NCBI GenBank assembly: GCA_009786825.1
Contig: WQRI01000001.1
Location: forward strand, 15,266-79,265
Direction: 5' to 3'
Length of the DNA stretch: 64,000 nucleotides
Origin: Bacillota bacterium
GTDB lineage: Bacteria; Bacillota; Clostridia; Christensenellales; WQRI01
The first letter of the stretch is position 1. Each line of letters starts with the position of its first letter. A model generated the notes under the pieces. The model made no database searches and was not told the origin of the DNA. It worked only from the letters and a program-made list of their open reading frames with translations. This document shows, in pieces, positions 45,687 through 53,728 of this stretch. Made by a program: the position numbers and the translations under genes.

Positions 45687-47325
45687 CCTTTTCTACCTCC
45701 TCCAACTTCAAAACCATTTTGCTTGGCACAAGCACTAAGCCTACCCTATCGCCATCATCGTAACTGTAGTTTGTGCTTACAAAAAACTCGTAGCCCTTAT
45801 CTGCTTTTACGCGCGCTTGATAGTGCGTACCCTTATAAAACGATGTTATCACCGTGCCTTTAATGTCGCCCTCACTCTCGTTATCTTTAAGTTCTATATC
45901 GCCAAACGCCATAGTAACCTCTACATTTTTGCCGTAAAGGTCTAACTCGTTTGCGATTCTCTCGCCCGCCGCGTTTACTAAATAACCGCTATCGTCATAA
46001 GCCGAGTTTTCTATAAGGGCTGTTAGGTCTACCTTTATTTTTGCGCCCTGAAGTAGAATAGCATCGTCATCTATAATTTTGCCCTTAATTACGTTAGCCT
46101 CTTTTTCTTTTTCCATTATGTGTATGTAGTCGGGCTTTATGTATAAGTTTACATTCTCGCCAACGCTATAGCCCGTAGTAGACTGCACCAAAAAGCCAAC
46201 GCCGTTAGCCTCTACTTCCATCTCGTAATGAACACCCTTAAACAAACTGCTTACTACTAGTCCTTGCAGAGTGTTATCACCTGCCGGCTTATCTTTTGCT
46301 GGTCGACTGTCGCCGTTTACAAATAGTTCTATATCCTCTGGTCTTATAACTACATCTACCCTTTCATTCTTGTCGAAGCCATAGTCTATGCACGTAAAAG
46401 TTTTGCCCGCAAACGTAACTTTATAGTCGGCTTCCATAACACCACTTATGATGTTACTCTCGCCAATAAAGTTTGCAACAAAGCCATTCTCTGGCTCATC
46501 GTAAATTTGCTTTGGCGTACCTACTTGCAGTATCTTGCCCATATTCATAACTACGATTCTGTCAGACATTGTAAGTGCTTCTTCTTGGTCGTGCGTTACG
46601 TATATGAAAGTTATGCCCAATTCTTTATGCATTTGGCGCAGTTCTAATTGCATCTCTTGTCTGAGTTTCAAGTCTAAAGCCCCTAGTGGCTCATCTAGCA
46701 GTAAAACGGCTGGCTCGTTAACAATTGCCCTAGCAATTGCTATGCGCTGTTGCTGACCGCCCGACAAACTTTCTATGTGCCTTTTTGCAAAGTCTGGTAA
46801 GTCTACAAGTTTAAGCGCTTTTTGCACTTTTTCATCTATCTCTTCTTTTCGAAGTTTGCGCATAACGGGAATTGTGTTGCCGTTTGCATCTAACACCGGC
46901 TCGTAAGAGATAACCTTTTGCTTTGCGCCCGTACTCTCACACACCACAACTTCAACCTTTTTCTTTTCTTTAATGCCCTCTACGCGCTTTAGTTTTAACC
47001 CGAATGCGATGTTGTTTTCTACATTCATATGCGGAAAAAGAGCGTACTTTTGGAACACTGTATTAAGCGGGCGCTTGTTTGGCGGCAGTTTAGAAATATC
47101 CTCGCCGTTAAGTAAAATCTCGCCACTTGTAATATTTTCAAAGCCCGCAAGCATTCTAAGCGTGGTGGTTTTACCGCACCCGCTCGGACCAAGCAGAGTA
47201 ACAAACTCGCCCCGCTTAACTTGCAGGCTAAAGTCTTCTACTGCTAAAGATGTGCCATACTGTTTGGTCACACCCTTAAACTCAATTAAAATTTCTTTCT
47301 TTAAATTATCTTTATTATTTTCCAT
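45679..47325 (-). CDS. potA: spermidine/putrescine ABC transporter ATPase, enlarged (NBD insertion and duplicated TOBE-like C-terminus)
   Basis: GPSGCGKTT, LSGGQQQR and LLLDEPLGALD. There is an insert of roughly 45 aa (VEGIKEKKKVEVVVCESTGAKQKVISYEPVLDANGNTIPVMRKL). Two C-terminal repeats are FKGVHYEMEVEANG and YKGTHYQARVKADKG. Confidence 0.85.
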   Translation of the reverse strand: MENNKDNLKKEILIEFKGVTKQYGTSLAVEDFSLQVKRGEFVTLLGPSGCGKTTTLRMLAGFENITSGEILLNGEDISKLPPNKRPLNTVFQKYALFPHMNVENNIAFGLKLKRVEGIKEKKKVEVVVCESTGAKQKVISYEPVLDANGNTIPVMRKLRKEEIDEKVQKALKLVDLPDFAKRHIESLSGGQQQRIAIARAIVNEPAVLLLDEPLGALDLKLRQEMQLELRQMHKELGITFIYVTHDQEEALTMSDRIVVMNMGKILQVGTPKQIYDEPENGFVANFIGESNIISGVMEADYKVTFAGKTFTCIDYGFDKNERVDVVIRPEDIELFVNGDSRPAKDKPAGDNTLQGLVVSSLFKGVHYEMEVEANGVGFLVQSTTGYSVGENVNLYIKPDYIHIMEKEKEANVIKGKIIDDDAILLQGAKIKVDLTALIENSAYDDSGYLVNAAGERIANELDLYGKNVEVTMAFGDIELKDNESEGDIKGTVITSFYKGTHYQARVKADKGYEFFVSTNYSYDDGDRVGLVLVPSKMVLKLEEVEKVD

Positions 47326-47373
47326 AAATTCCTTTATATAGTTGAGAGTTGAGTCCCCCCCTTTTTTTTATTT

Positions 47374-47553
47374 TTAAGCGCTAGGTGCAAGCAAGCCACC
47401 TCGCCTTTTGGCGCTTTTGCTTCGCAAAAGGCTACCGCCTTTGGCGGACGGCTCGGTCGGCGAACGGCGGATTTTCAAGGGAGCGTACTCTGTGTACGTG
47501 ACCGCAGAAAACCGTAACGTTCAACGCAGTATTGCGCAGTACATAGCGCTTAA
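47374..47553. ncRNA. structured about 180-nt element, copy 2
   Basis: Closing inverted repeat TTAAGCGCTA...TAGCGCTTAA. The hairpin order matches copy 1, with compensatory changes (CCGCC-TTTG-GCGG replaces AAACC-TTAC-GGTTT). It lies 50 nt upstream of the potA ATG. Confidence 0.45.
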
Positions 47554-48080
47554 AAATTTGGTGGCGTTGATATCCATAATATTCTCGCCTCAGTATCCAG
47601 CAAGTTTTCTAGAAAGTGTGTTTTGTCTGCCTTAAAATAAAAACTGTCTCCTGCATCTAATTTATATTTTCGCTTGCCTACTACAAGCCTTATTTTGCCT
47701 TGAAGCACATAGCCGAATTCTTCCCCCTCGTGTGGCAAATCTTGCGTTGATATTGCCCCCGCTTTTAGTGTAAAAAGTATTGGCTCTAGTTGGTTTTTTT
47801 GAGCGGACGGGACGAGCCACGCGGTTGTAGAATTCTCTTCTTCTTTTATGTAGTGGTCGCGCCTATGAAATACAATGCTGTCTACTTCATCAGAGAAAAA
47901 GTCTTTCAAGTTTGTTCCTAAAACTTCTAGCATATTAGATAGCGCCGGAACAGTCAAATTAACAATATCGTTCTCAACTTGCGATATAAAGCCCTTAGAA
48001 TACTCTAAACGGCTCGCTAACTCTTCTTGAGTTAGTCCAGCCACCAACCTTAAACTCTTAATTTTCTCACCTATAAGCAT
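47550..48080 (-). CDS. XRE-family HTH plus cupin-domain transcriptional regulator
   Basis: N-terminal IKSLRLVAGLTQEELASRLEYSKGFISQVEN. C-terminal cupin HEGEEFGYVLQG...GDSFYF. Confidence 0.8.
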   Translation of the reverse strand: MLIGEKIKSLRLVAGLTQEELASRLEYSKGFISQVENDIVNLTVPALSNMLEVLGTNLKDFFSDEVDSIVFHRRDHYIKEEENSTTAWLVPSAQKNQLEPILFTLKAGAISTQDLPHEGEEFGYVLQGKIRLVVGKRKYKLDAGDSFYFKADKTHFLENLLDTEARILWISTPPNF

Positions 48081-48335
48081 ACACCTTACCCCACCCTGTT
48101 TGTTTAAAAAAGCGCGTATTATAAAAATTTATGCACTAAGGTAAACTTGCCGTGCGCTAGCACATAGCCCTACCAACAAGCAATTCAACCTTAGTGTCTT
48201 TTATCCGCAAGTTTAGTATTACTAAACTCGAAAACATTATTAATTATAGAACATTATAAAAAATTTGTCAACTGTTTTGACAAAAATTTTTTATTTGGGT
48301 GCTTATTTTTTTGTGTGGTTACATACATATAGAGT

Positions 48336-48611
48336 ATGGAAAACAGAGAAATTAAACAGCGCCTGCACAGCGTTACTTTAGAAAACAGAAAAAAAATGTC
48401 GTTAACGGGCATCTCAAAAGTAGATACCTTTAACGACAAAACTATAACGCTTCACTCGTCTCACGGGCGAATGGTGGTTGAGGGTAGCGAATTAAACGTA
48501 AAGCGCTTCGCCGAAGAAGAGGGGCTACTTAACATAGAGGGCAACATAAAAGCGCTTAAGTATATAGATGCGACAGAGAAAAAGTCGCTAGGAAAAAAAT
48601 TATTTCGCTAA
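48336..48611 (+). CDS. yabP: sporulation protein YabP
   Basis: HSVTLENRKKMSLTGISKVDTFNDKTITLHSSHGRMVVEGSELNVKRF..EEGLLNIEGNIKAL is the YabP pattern. Confidence 0.8.
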   Translation: MENREIKQRLHSVTLENRKKMSLTGISKVDTFNDKTITLHSSHGRMVVEGSELNVKRFAEEEGLLNIEGNIKALKYIDATEKKSLGKKLFR

Positions 48612-48633
48612 AAAATTATTTAGATAATTTTTT

Positions 48634-48771
48634 TAGTGTAAAGTGTAGAGTGGTTAAACTCATTAAATACAAAGCGTTTGAACGGCTCAAAAAAAGTTCT
48701 GGTTAATTTTGCCCGCGCTAGCGGTGTAAACACTTTACACTTTACACTTTACACTCTACACTTTACACTCT
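48634..48771. repeat. intergenic hairpin element, GTAAAGTGTAAAG flavour, canonical core (inverted)
   Basis: TTAGTGTAAAGTGTAGAGTGG ... GCGTTTGAACGGC ... TTTTGCCCGCGCTAGCGGTGTAAAC - ACTTTACACTTTACACTTTACACTCTACACTTTACACTC. Confidence 0.85.
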
Positions 48772-48773
48772 CT

Positions 48774-49124
48774 ATGTCTCAATTTATCCCCTTCACAATC
48801 TGTATTGGGCTTGGCTTTGTAGTTGGCATAATTTATGTGCTTATTACAAGTGTTGCCACCCTAACAAAAAAAAGGTTTGTATATATTTTTACAGACCTAA
48901 TTTTCTTTTTATTTTTGGCGGGTGTGGTTGTTTTTTCAATTTATTTTGTCTCACTCGGGCAACCGCGGTGGTATTTGTTTTTGGGGCTAGCGACCGGGCT
49001 TGTGGCTCAGCACGTAACGCTTGGCGGTGTTTTAGGGCGGTTAGTTACTAAAATTTCTGCGCGAAAAAAGAAGCCTAAGCAACCACCTAAAAAGTTAAGT
49101 CAACAGACCCAAGGTGAACTCTAG
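48774..49124 (+). CDS. yabQ: spore cortex biosynthesis protein YabQ-like membrane protein
   Basis: It follows yabP, has about 4 TM helices and a basic tail. Start moved to MSQFIPF; the upstream part of the track ORF is the hairpin element. Confidence 0.65.
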   Translation: MSQFIPFTICIGLGFVVGIIYVLITSVATLTKKRFVYIFTDLIFFLFLAGVVVFSIYFVSLGQPRWYLFLGLATGLVAQHVTLGGVLGRLVTKISARKKKPKQPPKKLSQQTQGEL

Positions 49125-50630
49125 CCTTTTAAGGCTTTCATCTTTGCCTAAAACTTCTGCTAACTCTAGCGCTCCGCCGGCTGATGCTTCTTTGCTTGAT
49201 AGGGCTAGCCTAAGAGTCGAATATACTTGCCCCGCCTTGTACACTACGCCTTGTGCTTCGACTTCTGCGCCCCCCTTTATGTCCATTTTTGAGCCTTTAT
49301 TCGCACTTGTAAGTGGTTTTAATGCCTCGCCTAAGTTTTGCGCCGTAAAGCCTTTAGCATCTGTTTTGCTAAGTAGTGGTAGCGCTTTTTGTATAATGTC
49401 TTTTGCAATACCAGGCGTAGTTTTCATCTTTTCGTTTTTAAAAAGGTTTGTATCAAACGCGCCAAACTCTTCTATAAAATTTATTAAGGTTGGAATATCC
49501 GCAAGGGTATCCAGCCTTTTTTGTAGTATTGCGGGTAGCGCTTTTTTGTTGTAAACCCCTTTGCTTAGTTTAGCGTAAGGCTTAGATTTTTCTAAAAATG
49601 GTTGTGCAATTTTTAAAAAGTCACTCTCACTCAACTCTTTTATATAAAGCGAATTTAGCCATTTAAGTTTGTCTGCATCAAAAATTGATGGCGACTTAGA
49701 AAGCCCTTTTAAACTAAACAGCGCTTGCAACTCGGCAAAACTTAGTTTCTCTTTATTGTCTTTTGGCGACCAGCCAAGTAGCGCTACGTAGTTTATAATC
49801 GCGTCCTTTAAATAGCCCGCCGCTATAAAGTCTTCAAATGTGGCTGCGCCGTCTCTCTTAGATAACTTCTTGCGCTCGTCTTTCATTATGGGCTGCAGGT
49901 GTATATACGTTGGTCGCTTCCACTTAAACGCATCGTATAGCAAGTTAAATTTTGGTGTAGAACTTAAGTACTCAACGCCCCGAATAACGTGCGTTACGCT
50001 CATTAGGTGGTCGTCTACCACGTTAGCAAAATTGTATGTGGGGAAGCCATCTGCCTTAAGCATAACCCCATCTTCAATCTCGTGCTTTGGCACAGACACC
50101 TTGCCAAATAGCAAATCGTCGTACTCTGAGGCTATGCCATCTTGCACAACATTTTGCCTTATAACATACGGCTCGCCCGTACTAACTTTGTCCTTAGCGC
50201 CCGAGATGTCTAGCCCTAAACAATGCTTGTCGTACTTTGCAAAGGGGTCTGATTTTTTAAGTGCTTCTATTCTGTCTTTGGTGCAAAAGCAAAAATAAGC
50301 CCCGCCAAGCTCTACTAATTTGTGGGCGTACTCTTTATATATGTGCGTGCGTTTGCTTTGCACGTATGGTCCGCGCTTGCCTTTTTCTACAAGTTTGCCG
50401 CTCGACAAAAACAAGCCTTCGTGGTATAATATGCCCGCGTCCCCTAATGCCTTAACAATGGCTTCAGTCGCCCCTTCAACTTCTCTAGTTTGGTCTGTGT
50501 CTTCTATCCGTAATATAAACACCCCACCGTTTTGCTGAGCAAATAAAGAGCCATAAAGGGCTGTTCTTAAATGCCCAATATGCAAATAGCCCGTTGGTGA
50601 GGGCGCAAACCTTGTTGTGATTTTTTCCAT
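49095..50630 (-). CDS. gltX: glutamate--tRNA ligase
   Basis: RFAPSPTGYLHIGHLRTAL (HIGH motif) and KLSKRDG (KMSKS motif). The 3' end overlaps yabQ convergently by 30 nt. Confidence 0.93.
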   Translation of the reverse strand: MEKITTRFAPSPTGYLHIGHLRTALYGSLFAQQNGGVFILRIEDTDQTREVEGATEAIVKALGDAGILYHEGLFLSSGKLVEKGKRGPYVQSKRTHIYKEYAHKLVELGGAYFCFCTKDRIEALKKSDPFAKYDKHCLGLDISGAKDKVSTGEPYVIRQNVVQDGIASEYDDLLFGKVSVPKHEIEDGVMLKADGFPTYNFANVVDDHLMSVTHVIRGVEYLSSTPKFNLLYDAFKWKRPTYIHLQPIMKDERKKLSKRDGAATFEDFIAAGYLKDAIINYVALLGWSPKDNKEKLSFAELQALFSLKGLSKSPSIFDADKLKWLNSLYIKELSESDFLKIAQPFLEKSKPYAKLSKGVYNKKALPAILQKRLDTLADIPTLINFIEEFGAFDTNLFKNEKMKTTPGIAKDIIQKALPLLSKTDAKGFTAQNLGEALKPLTSANKGSKMDIKGGAEVEAQGVVYKAGQVYSTLRLALSSKEASAGGALELAEVLGKDESLKRLEFTLGLLT

Positions 50631-50759
50631 TTTTTTCTCTGTTTTTCGTGTACGTAAACGAATGCTTTACGCTCTATTTAATTTTTTTGTTATTTTTAGT
50701 CTTTTTGCAACATTTGTGATTTGTACATTGTAATTTGTAATTTAAACTAGCCTAGCGCT

Positions 50760-51536
50760 TTAAGCATTAACCTTAGCATCTGACCGCGCCCTTAATTTTT
50801 GCGGTAGCACAATCATAACCAGCACACCTAAAACCGGCACAAGCATAAACACAAAGTATAGTATTGCCGTTTTAGCAAATGGGTGTACATCGTGTATAAA
50901 TGGCAAGTTAAGCGGGAAGTCTAAAAACCTTGCAAAGTCTGCATTAAGCAAATGAGCCATTACTGCCGATATAAGCAGTAGGGAAGCGTAAATTATAAAC
51001 ACCCACTTTATGTCTCTGTTGTTTGGCGCGTACGGCTTAAGCGCAATTGCTAGCATAAAAAACAGCACTTTTATAAGGTGATAGATTGTGGTGTGGTGGT
51101 TGTAAAAAGAGCCTTGCGCGGTGAATATGTACGTGAACGAATCGGCAACAATTGCAACGGGCGCAACATAAAGCGCAAGCCCCGCAACAAACTGAATACT
51201 TAAAGAAGAGGCAAAGCCAATTTGCGATACGCGGCTATCAGGCTTTGCAAATGTGGCTAGCGCAAATGTAAGCATTGCGTAACTTGATATATGAAAGGGC
51301 AGGTGGCGCAAGTTAAAGTCTGAGCCGTAAATTATAAGTAGTCTGCTGATTTTGATAATCTCAAAAATTATCATAAAAATTGTGATAATCAAAAATGGCA
51401 GGTTGCGCATTCGCCCTTTTTTATTAGAAAAGCCCTTGTAACACGCAAGCGTTATTACAAGAAAAACGATTGTAAAAGTAAACAGCCAAAGCACATCGTA
51501 AGCCGAGTGCGCTATTGTAACACCACGATTTTCCAT
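50760..51536 (-). CDS. multi-pass membrane protein (YwaF/TIGR02206-like guess)
   Basis: Seven or eight hydrophobic helices and an LPFHISS motif. Start moved to MENRGV. Confidence 0.45.
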   Translation of the reverse strand: MENRGVTIAHSAYDVLWLFTFTIVFLVITLACYKGFSNKKGRMRNLPFLIITIFMIIFEIIKISRLLIIYGSDFNLRHLPFHISSYAMLTFALATFAKPDSRVSQIGFASSLSIQFVAGLALYVAPVAIVADSFTYIFTAQGSFYNHHTTIYHLIKVLFFMLAIALKPYAPNNRDIKWVFIIYASLLLISAVMAHLLNADFARFLDFPLNLPFIHDVHPFAKTAILYFVFMLVPVLGVLVMIVLPQKLRARSDAKVNA

Positions 51537-51728
51537 TGCCCTACAATTATAACAAAAACCGCACAACTTGTAAAGCGTTTTTAAGGCAATAAGGCAAGTA
51601 GGGGTATGGGGGTAAAGGTGTAGGTGGCTAAAAAGGGGCAAGCGTTTTTGTGTTTGGTCGGTTGGGTGCTTGGTTGGTTGGGTGCTTGGTAGCGCGCTTG
51701 TTTAAAAATCCCACCGCTACGGCTGCCA

Positions 51729-51748
51729 ATAGTTATTATGATAACTAT
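51729..51748. promoter_or_regulatory. 20-bp palindrome ATAGTTAT-N4-ATAACTAT upstream of parB
   Basis: ATAGTTATTATGATAACTAT. The same half-sites occur at 53146-53165. Confidence 0.4.
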
Positions 51749-51815
51749 CAGCGTGGGTTTGCAAAATTTTTGGTTTTTAGTTGCTTTTGTACCTGTTTTG
51801 TGCTACAATAAATTT

Positions 51816-52898
51816 ATGAGTAAAAACAGAGGATTGGGCAGGGGGCTAGGTAGCCTTTTTGCCAACACACAAGAAGAATACGAAACACAACTAGAGCAGG
51901 CGAGAGACGACCTATCAAGTGACACGCTTGCTACTATAACTGGGGTATCTCAAACTAAGTCCGGGGGCAATAATAAGGCTAAGTCTAAGGCAGGTACGGG
52001 GGCAGGCGCAAATAATTTGGCTAGCCACTCAAACACCGCAAGTGGTACTACACCCTTAGCATCGGCACACCAAAATGTTTCACGTGAAACATTGGCTGGT
52101 GGCACTAATAATACAAGCGGGGTACAGCAAATATCGCTAAGTTTAATACGCGCAAACAAAAATCAGCCACGCAAAACCTTTAATGATGAGAGGCTGGAAG
52201 AGTTAGCATCATCTATAAAAACTCACGGCGTTATCCAACCCATTTTAGTGCAAAAGAAAGGCGCGGGCTTTGAGATTATAGCGGGTGAGCGACGCTTTAG
52301 GGCTGCGCAATTAACAGAACTAGACTATATCCCTGTAATTGTGCAAAACCTAGAGGCTCAAAGCGCAAAGGAAGTTGCGCTTATAGAAAACCTACAGCGC
52401 GAAGACCTTAACGCTATAGATTCAGCCCTTGCAATACAGTCGCTAATGCAAGAGTTTAGCCTAACACAAGAGACAATCGCAAAAAGAATAGGCAAATCGC
52501 GCCCGGCAGTCGCAAACTTGCTTAGGCTTTTGGGTTTGCCCAAGTTTGTAATGCAGTCGGTTAGAGACGGCACTTTGTCGGCTGGTCACGCAAGAAGCCT
52601 TGCATCTATTTCTGACAGCCAAGCGCAAGTGCGCCTTGCAAAAAAGGCAATAGAGGGCGAGTGGTCTGTGCGCGCGCTAGAGCAAGCGGTTAAAAATTAT
52701 CTAGAGCCGAAGCCAAAAACAAAGGACACGCTAAAACCACCAAAGTCTAAAGAACTTGCAAACCTTGTAAACAACCTAAAGCGCACGCTCTCAACAAAAG
52801 TCTATGCGCTAGGCACAGAAAATAAAGGCAAAATAATAATTGAATACTACAGCACAGACGACCTTGAGAGAATAGAGCAGTTTATGACTGGTAAGTAG
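51816..52898 (+). CDS. parB: chromosome partitioning protein ParB/Spo0J with an N-terminal low-complexity insertion
   Basis: MSKNRGLGRGLGSLF, the QPRK..FNDERLEELASSIKTHGVIQPILV box, GERRFRAA and an HTH (LTQETIAKRIGKSRPAVANLLRLL). The candidate promoter TTGCTT-17-TACAAT ends 6 nt before the ATG. Confidence 0.9.
   Translation: MSKNRGLGRGLGSLFANTQEEYETQLEQARDDLSSDTLATITGVSQTKSGGNNKAKSKAGTGAGANNLASHSNTASGTTPLASAHQNVSRETLAGGTNNTSGVQQISLSLIRANKNQPRKTFNDERLEELASSIKTHGVIQPILVQKKGAGFEIIAGERRFRAAQLTELDYIPVIVQNLEAQSAKEVALIENLQREDLNAIDSALAIQSLMQEFSLTQETIAKRIGKSRPAVANLLRLLGLPKFVMQSVRDGTLSAGHARSLASISDSQAQVRLAKKAIEGEWSVRALEQAVKNYLEPKPKTKDTLKPPKSKELANLVNNLKRTLSTKVYALGTENKGKIIIEYYSTDDLERIEQFMTGK
52076..52091. 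promoter_or_regulatory. parS site (perfect) inside parB
   Basis: TGTTTCACGTGAAACA matches the Firmicute parS consensus TGTTNCACGTGAAACA. Confidence 0.85.
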
Positions 52899-52940
52899 GT
52901 CTGCTCGCACTAACTCAAAGCCTGCTCGCGCCAACTCGCA

Positions 52941-52963
52941 AAGAAGCCCGAAAGGGCTTTTTT
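52941..52963 (+). terminator. rho-independent terminator of parB
   Basis: AAGAAGCCCG-AAA-GGGCTTTTTTT. Confidence 0.75.
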
Positions 52964-52979
52964 TGTTTCACGTGAAACA
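52964..52979. promoter_or_regulatory. parS site (perfect) immediately downstream of parB
   Basis: TGTTTCACGTGAAACA. Confidence 0.85.
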
Positions 52980-52985
52980 ATGTTT

Positions 52986-53142
52986 GATTTTAAATGTTAA
53001 ATTTTAAATGTTAAATGGCTGCACCGCTAGCGCGGGCAAAGTTTATCTGCAAGTTATTAAAAGGCGCAACTACAAACCGTTCAACACCAAATGAAATAAT
53101 GAGTTTAACCATTTAACATTTAAAATTTAGCATTCAACATTT
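52986..53142. repeat. intergenic hairpin element, TAAATGTTAAAT flavour, canonical core
   Basis: GATTTTAAATGTTAAATTTTAAATGTTAAATGG - CTGCACCGCTAGCGCGGGCAAAGTTT ... ACCGTTCAAC - CCATTTAACATTTAAAATTTAGCATTCAACATTT. Confidence 0.85.
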
Positions 53143-53170
53143 GCAATAGTTATCACAATAACTATTGCAA
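53141..53170. promoter_or_regulatory. 30-bp perfect palindrome just upstream of the tRNA promoter
   Basis: TTGCAATAGTTAT-CACA-ATAACTATTGCAA. Confidence 0.45.
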
Positions 53171-53185
53171 ATTGCACCAAAATAC

Positions 53186-53214
53186 TTGACTTCTTGGGCT
53201 TCGTGTTATATAAT
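53186..53214 (+). promoter_or_regulatory. consensus sigma-A promoter for the tRNA pair
   Basis: TTGACT-17 nt-TATAAT. Confidence 0.7.
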
Positions 53215-53284
53215 TATAAAGTTACAGTTTGAAAAGCAAAGTTTGGGCGCGCCAAATTTTCTGTAACAAAAATGGTTGGGACAC

Positions 53285-53361
53285 GGGTGCATAGCTCAGT
53301 CGGTTAGAGCACCACCCTGATAAGGTGGGGGTCGGTGGTTCGAGTCCACTTGCACCCACCA
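53285..53361 (+). tRNA. tRNA-Ile (anticodon GAU), CCA encoded
   Basis: Manual cloverleaf: acceptor GGGTGCA/TGCACCC, anticodon arm CCACC-CTGATAA-GGTGG, T arm GGTGG-TTCGAGT-CCACT. Confidence 0.9.
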
Positions 53362-53499
53362 TTTCGTAATAGGCACAAAGCCTTTGCTTACGTGAAGCCT
53401 TTGCTTAGGTATTTTACAACAATACTTGTAATGCTAGGTTGAGAGCTGAGACTTTAAAAACTCGCTTAGCGCCTGACAACCTTTTAAACTTTTTGCTGT

Positions 53500-53576
53500 G
53501 GGGGTGTAGCTCAGTTGGCTAGAGCGCCTGCCTTGCAAGCAGGAGGTCAGCGGTTCGACTCCGCTCATCTCCACCA
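53500..53576 (+). tRNA. tRNA-Ala (anticodon UGC), CCA encoded
   Basis: Acceptor GGGGGTG/CATCTCC with a G3:U70 pair, anticodon arm CCTGC-CTTGCAA-GCAGG, T arm AGCGG-TTCGACT-CCGCT. Confidence 0.9.
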
Positions 53577-53728
53577 TAGCGCAAAGTTCGGCTTAGTTCG
53601 TTTTTACTTGTAGTTGCTTTTGGCAACTACTGCATAAAAAACTTCCTATGCCTTACTTTGCTTTTTTGTTTCGCTGAGCGGATTAACAATTTCAGGTACT
53701 CCCTTCGGGAGTTTGCCCTTTGGGCAAA

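Noticed and set aside
49095-49124. The 30-nt convergent overlap of yabQ and gltX as a regulatory antisense arrangement
   Set aside because: The overlap is real in the sequence, but the yabQ C-terminal basic tail is poorly constrained and its stop may simply be late. There is no additional evidence of function.
51537-51815. The divergent intergenic region at the strand switch as oriC
   Set aside because: I found no DnaA boxes, and the region is not AT-rich. It contains only a 14-bp direct repeat (GGTTGGGTGCTTGG x2, 51660-51689) and the ATAGTTAT palindrome. The DnaA-box cluster lies 5.5 kb to the right instead.
53285-53576. tRNA-Ile(GAU) and tRNA-Ala(UGC) as part of an rRNA operon spacer
   Set aside because: There is no 16S 3' end or 23S 5' end flanking them. 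They have their own consensus promoter and lie between parB and a protein-coding gene.
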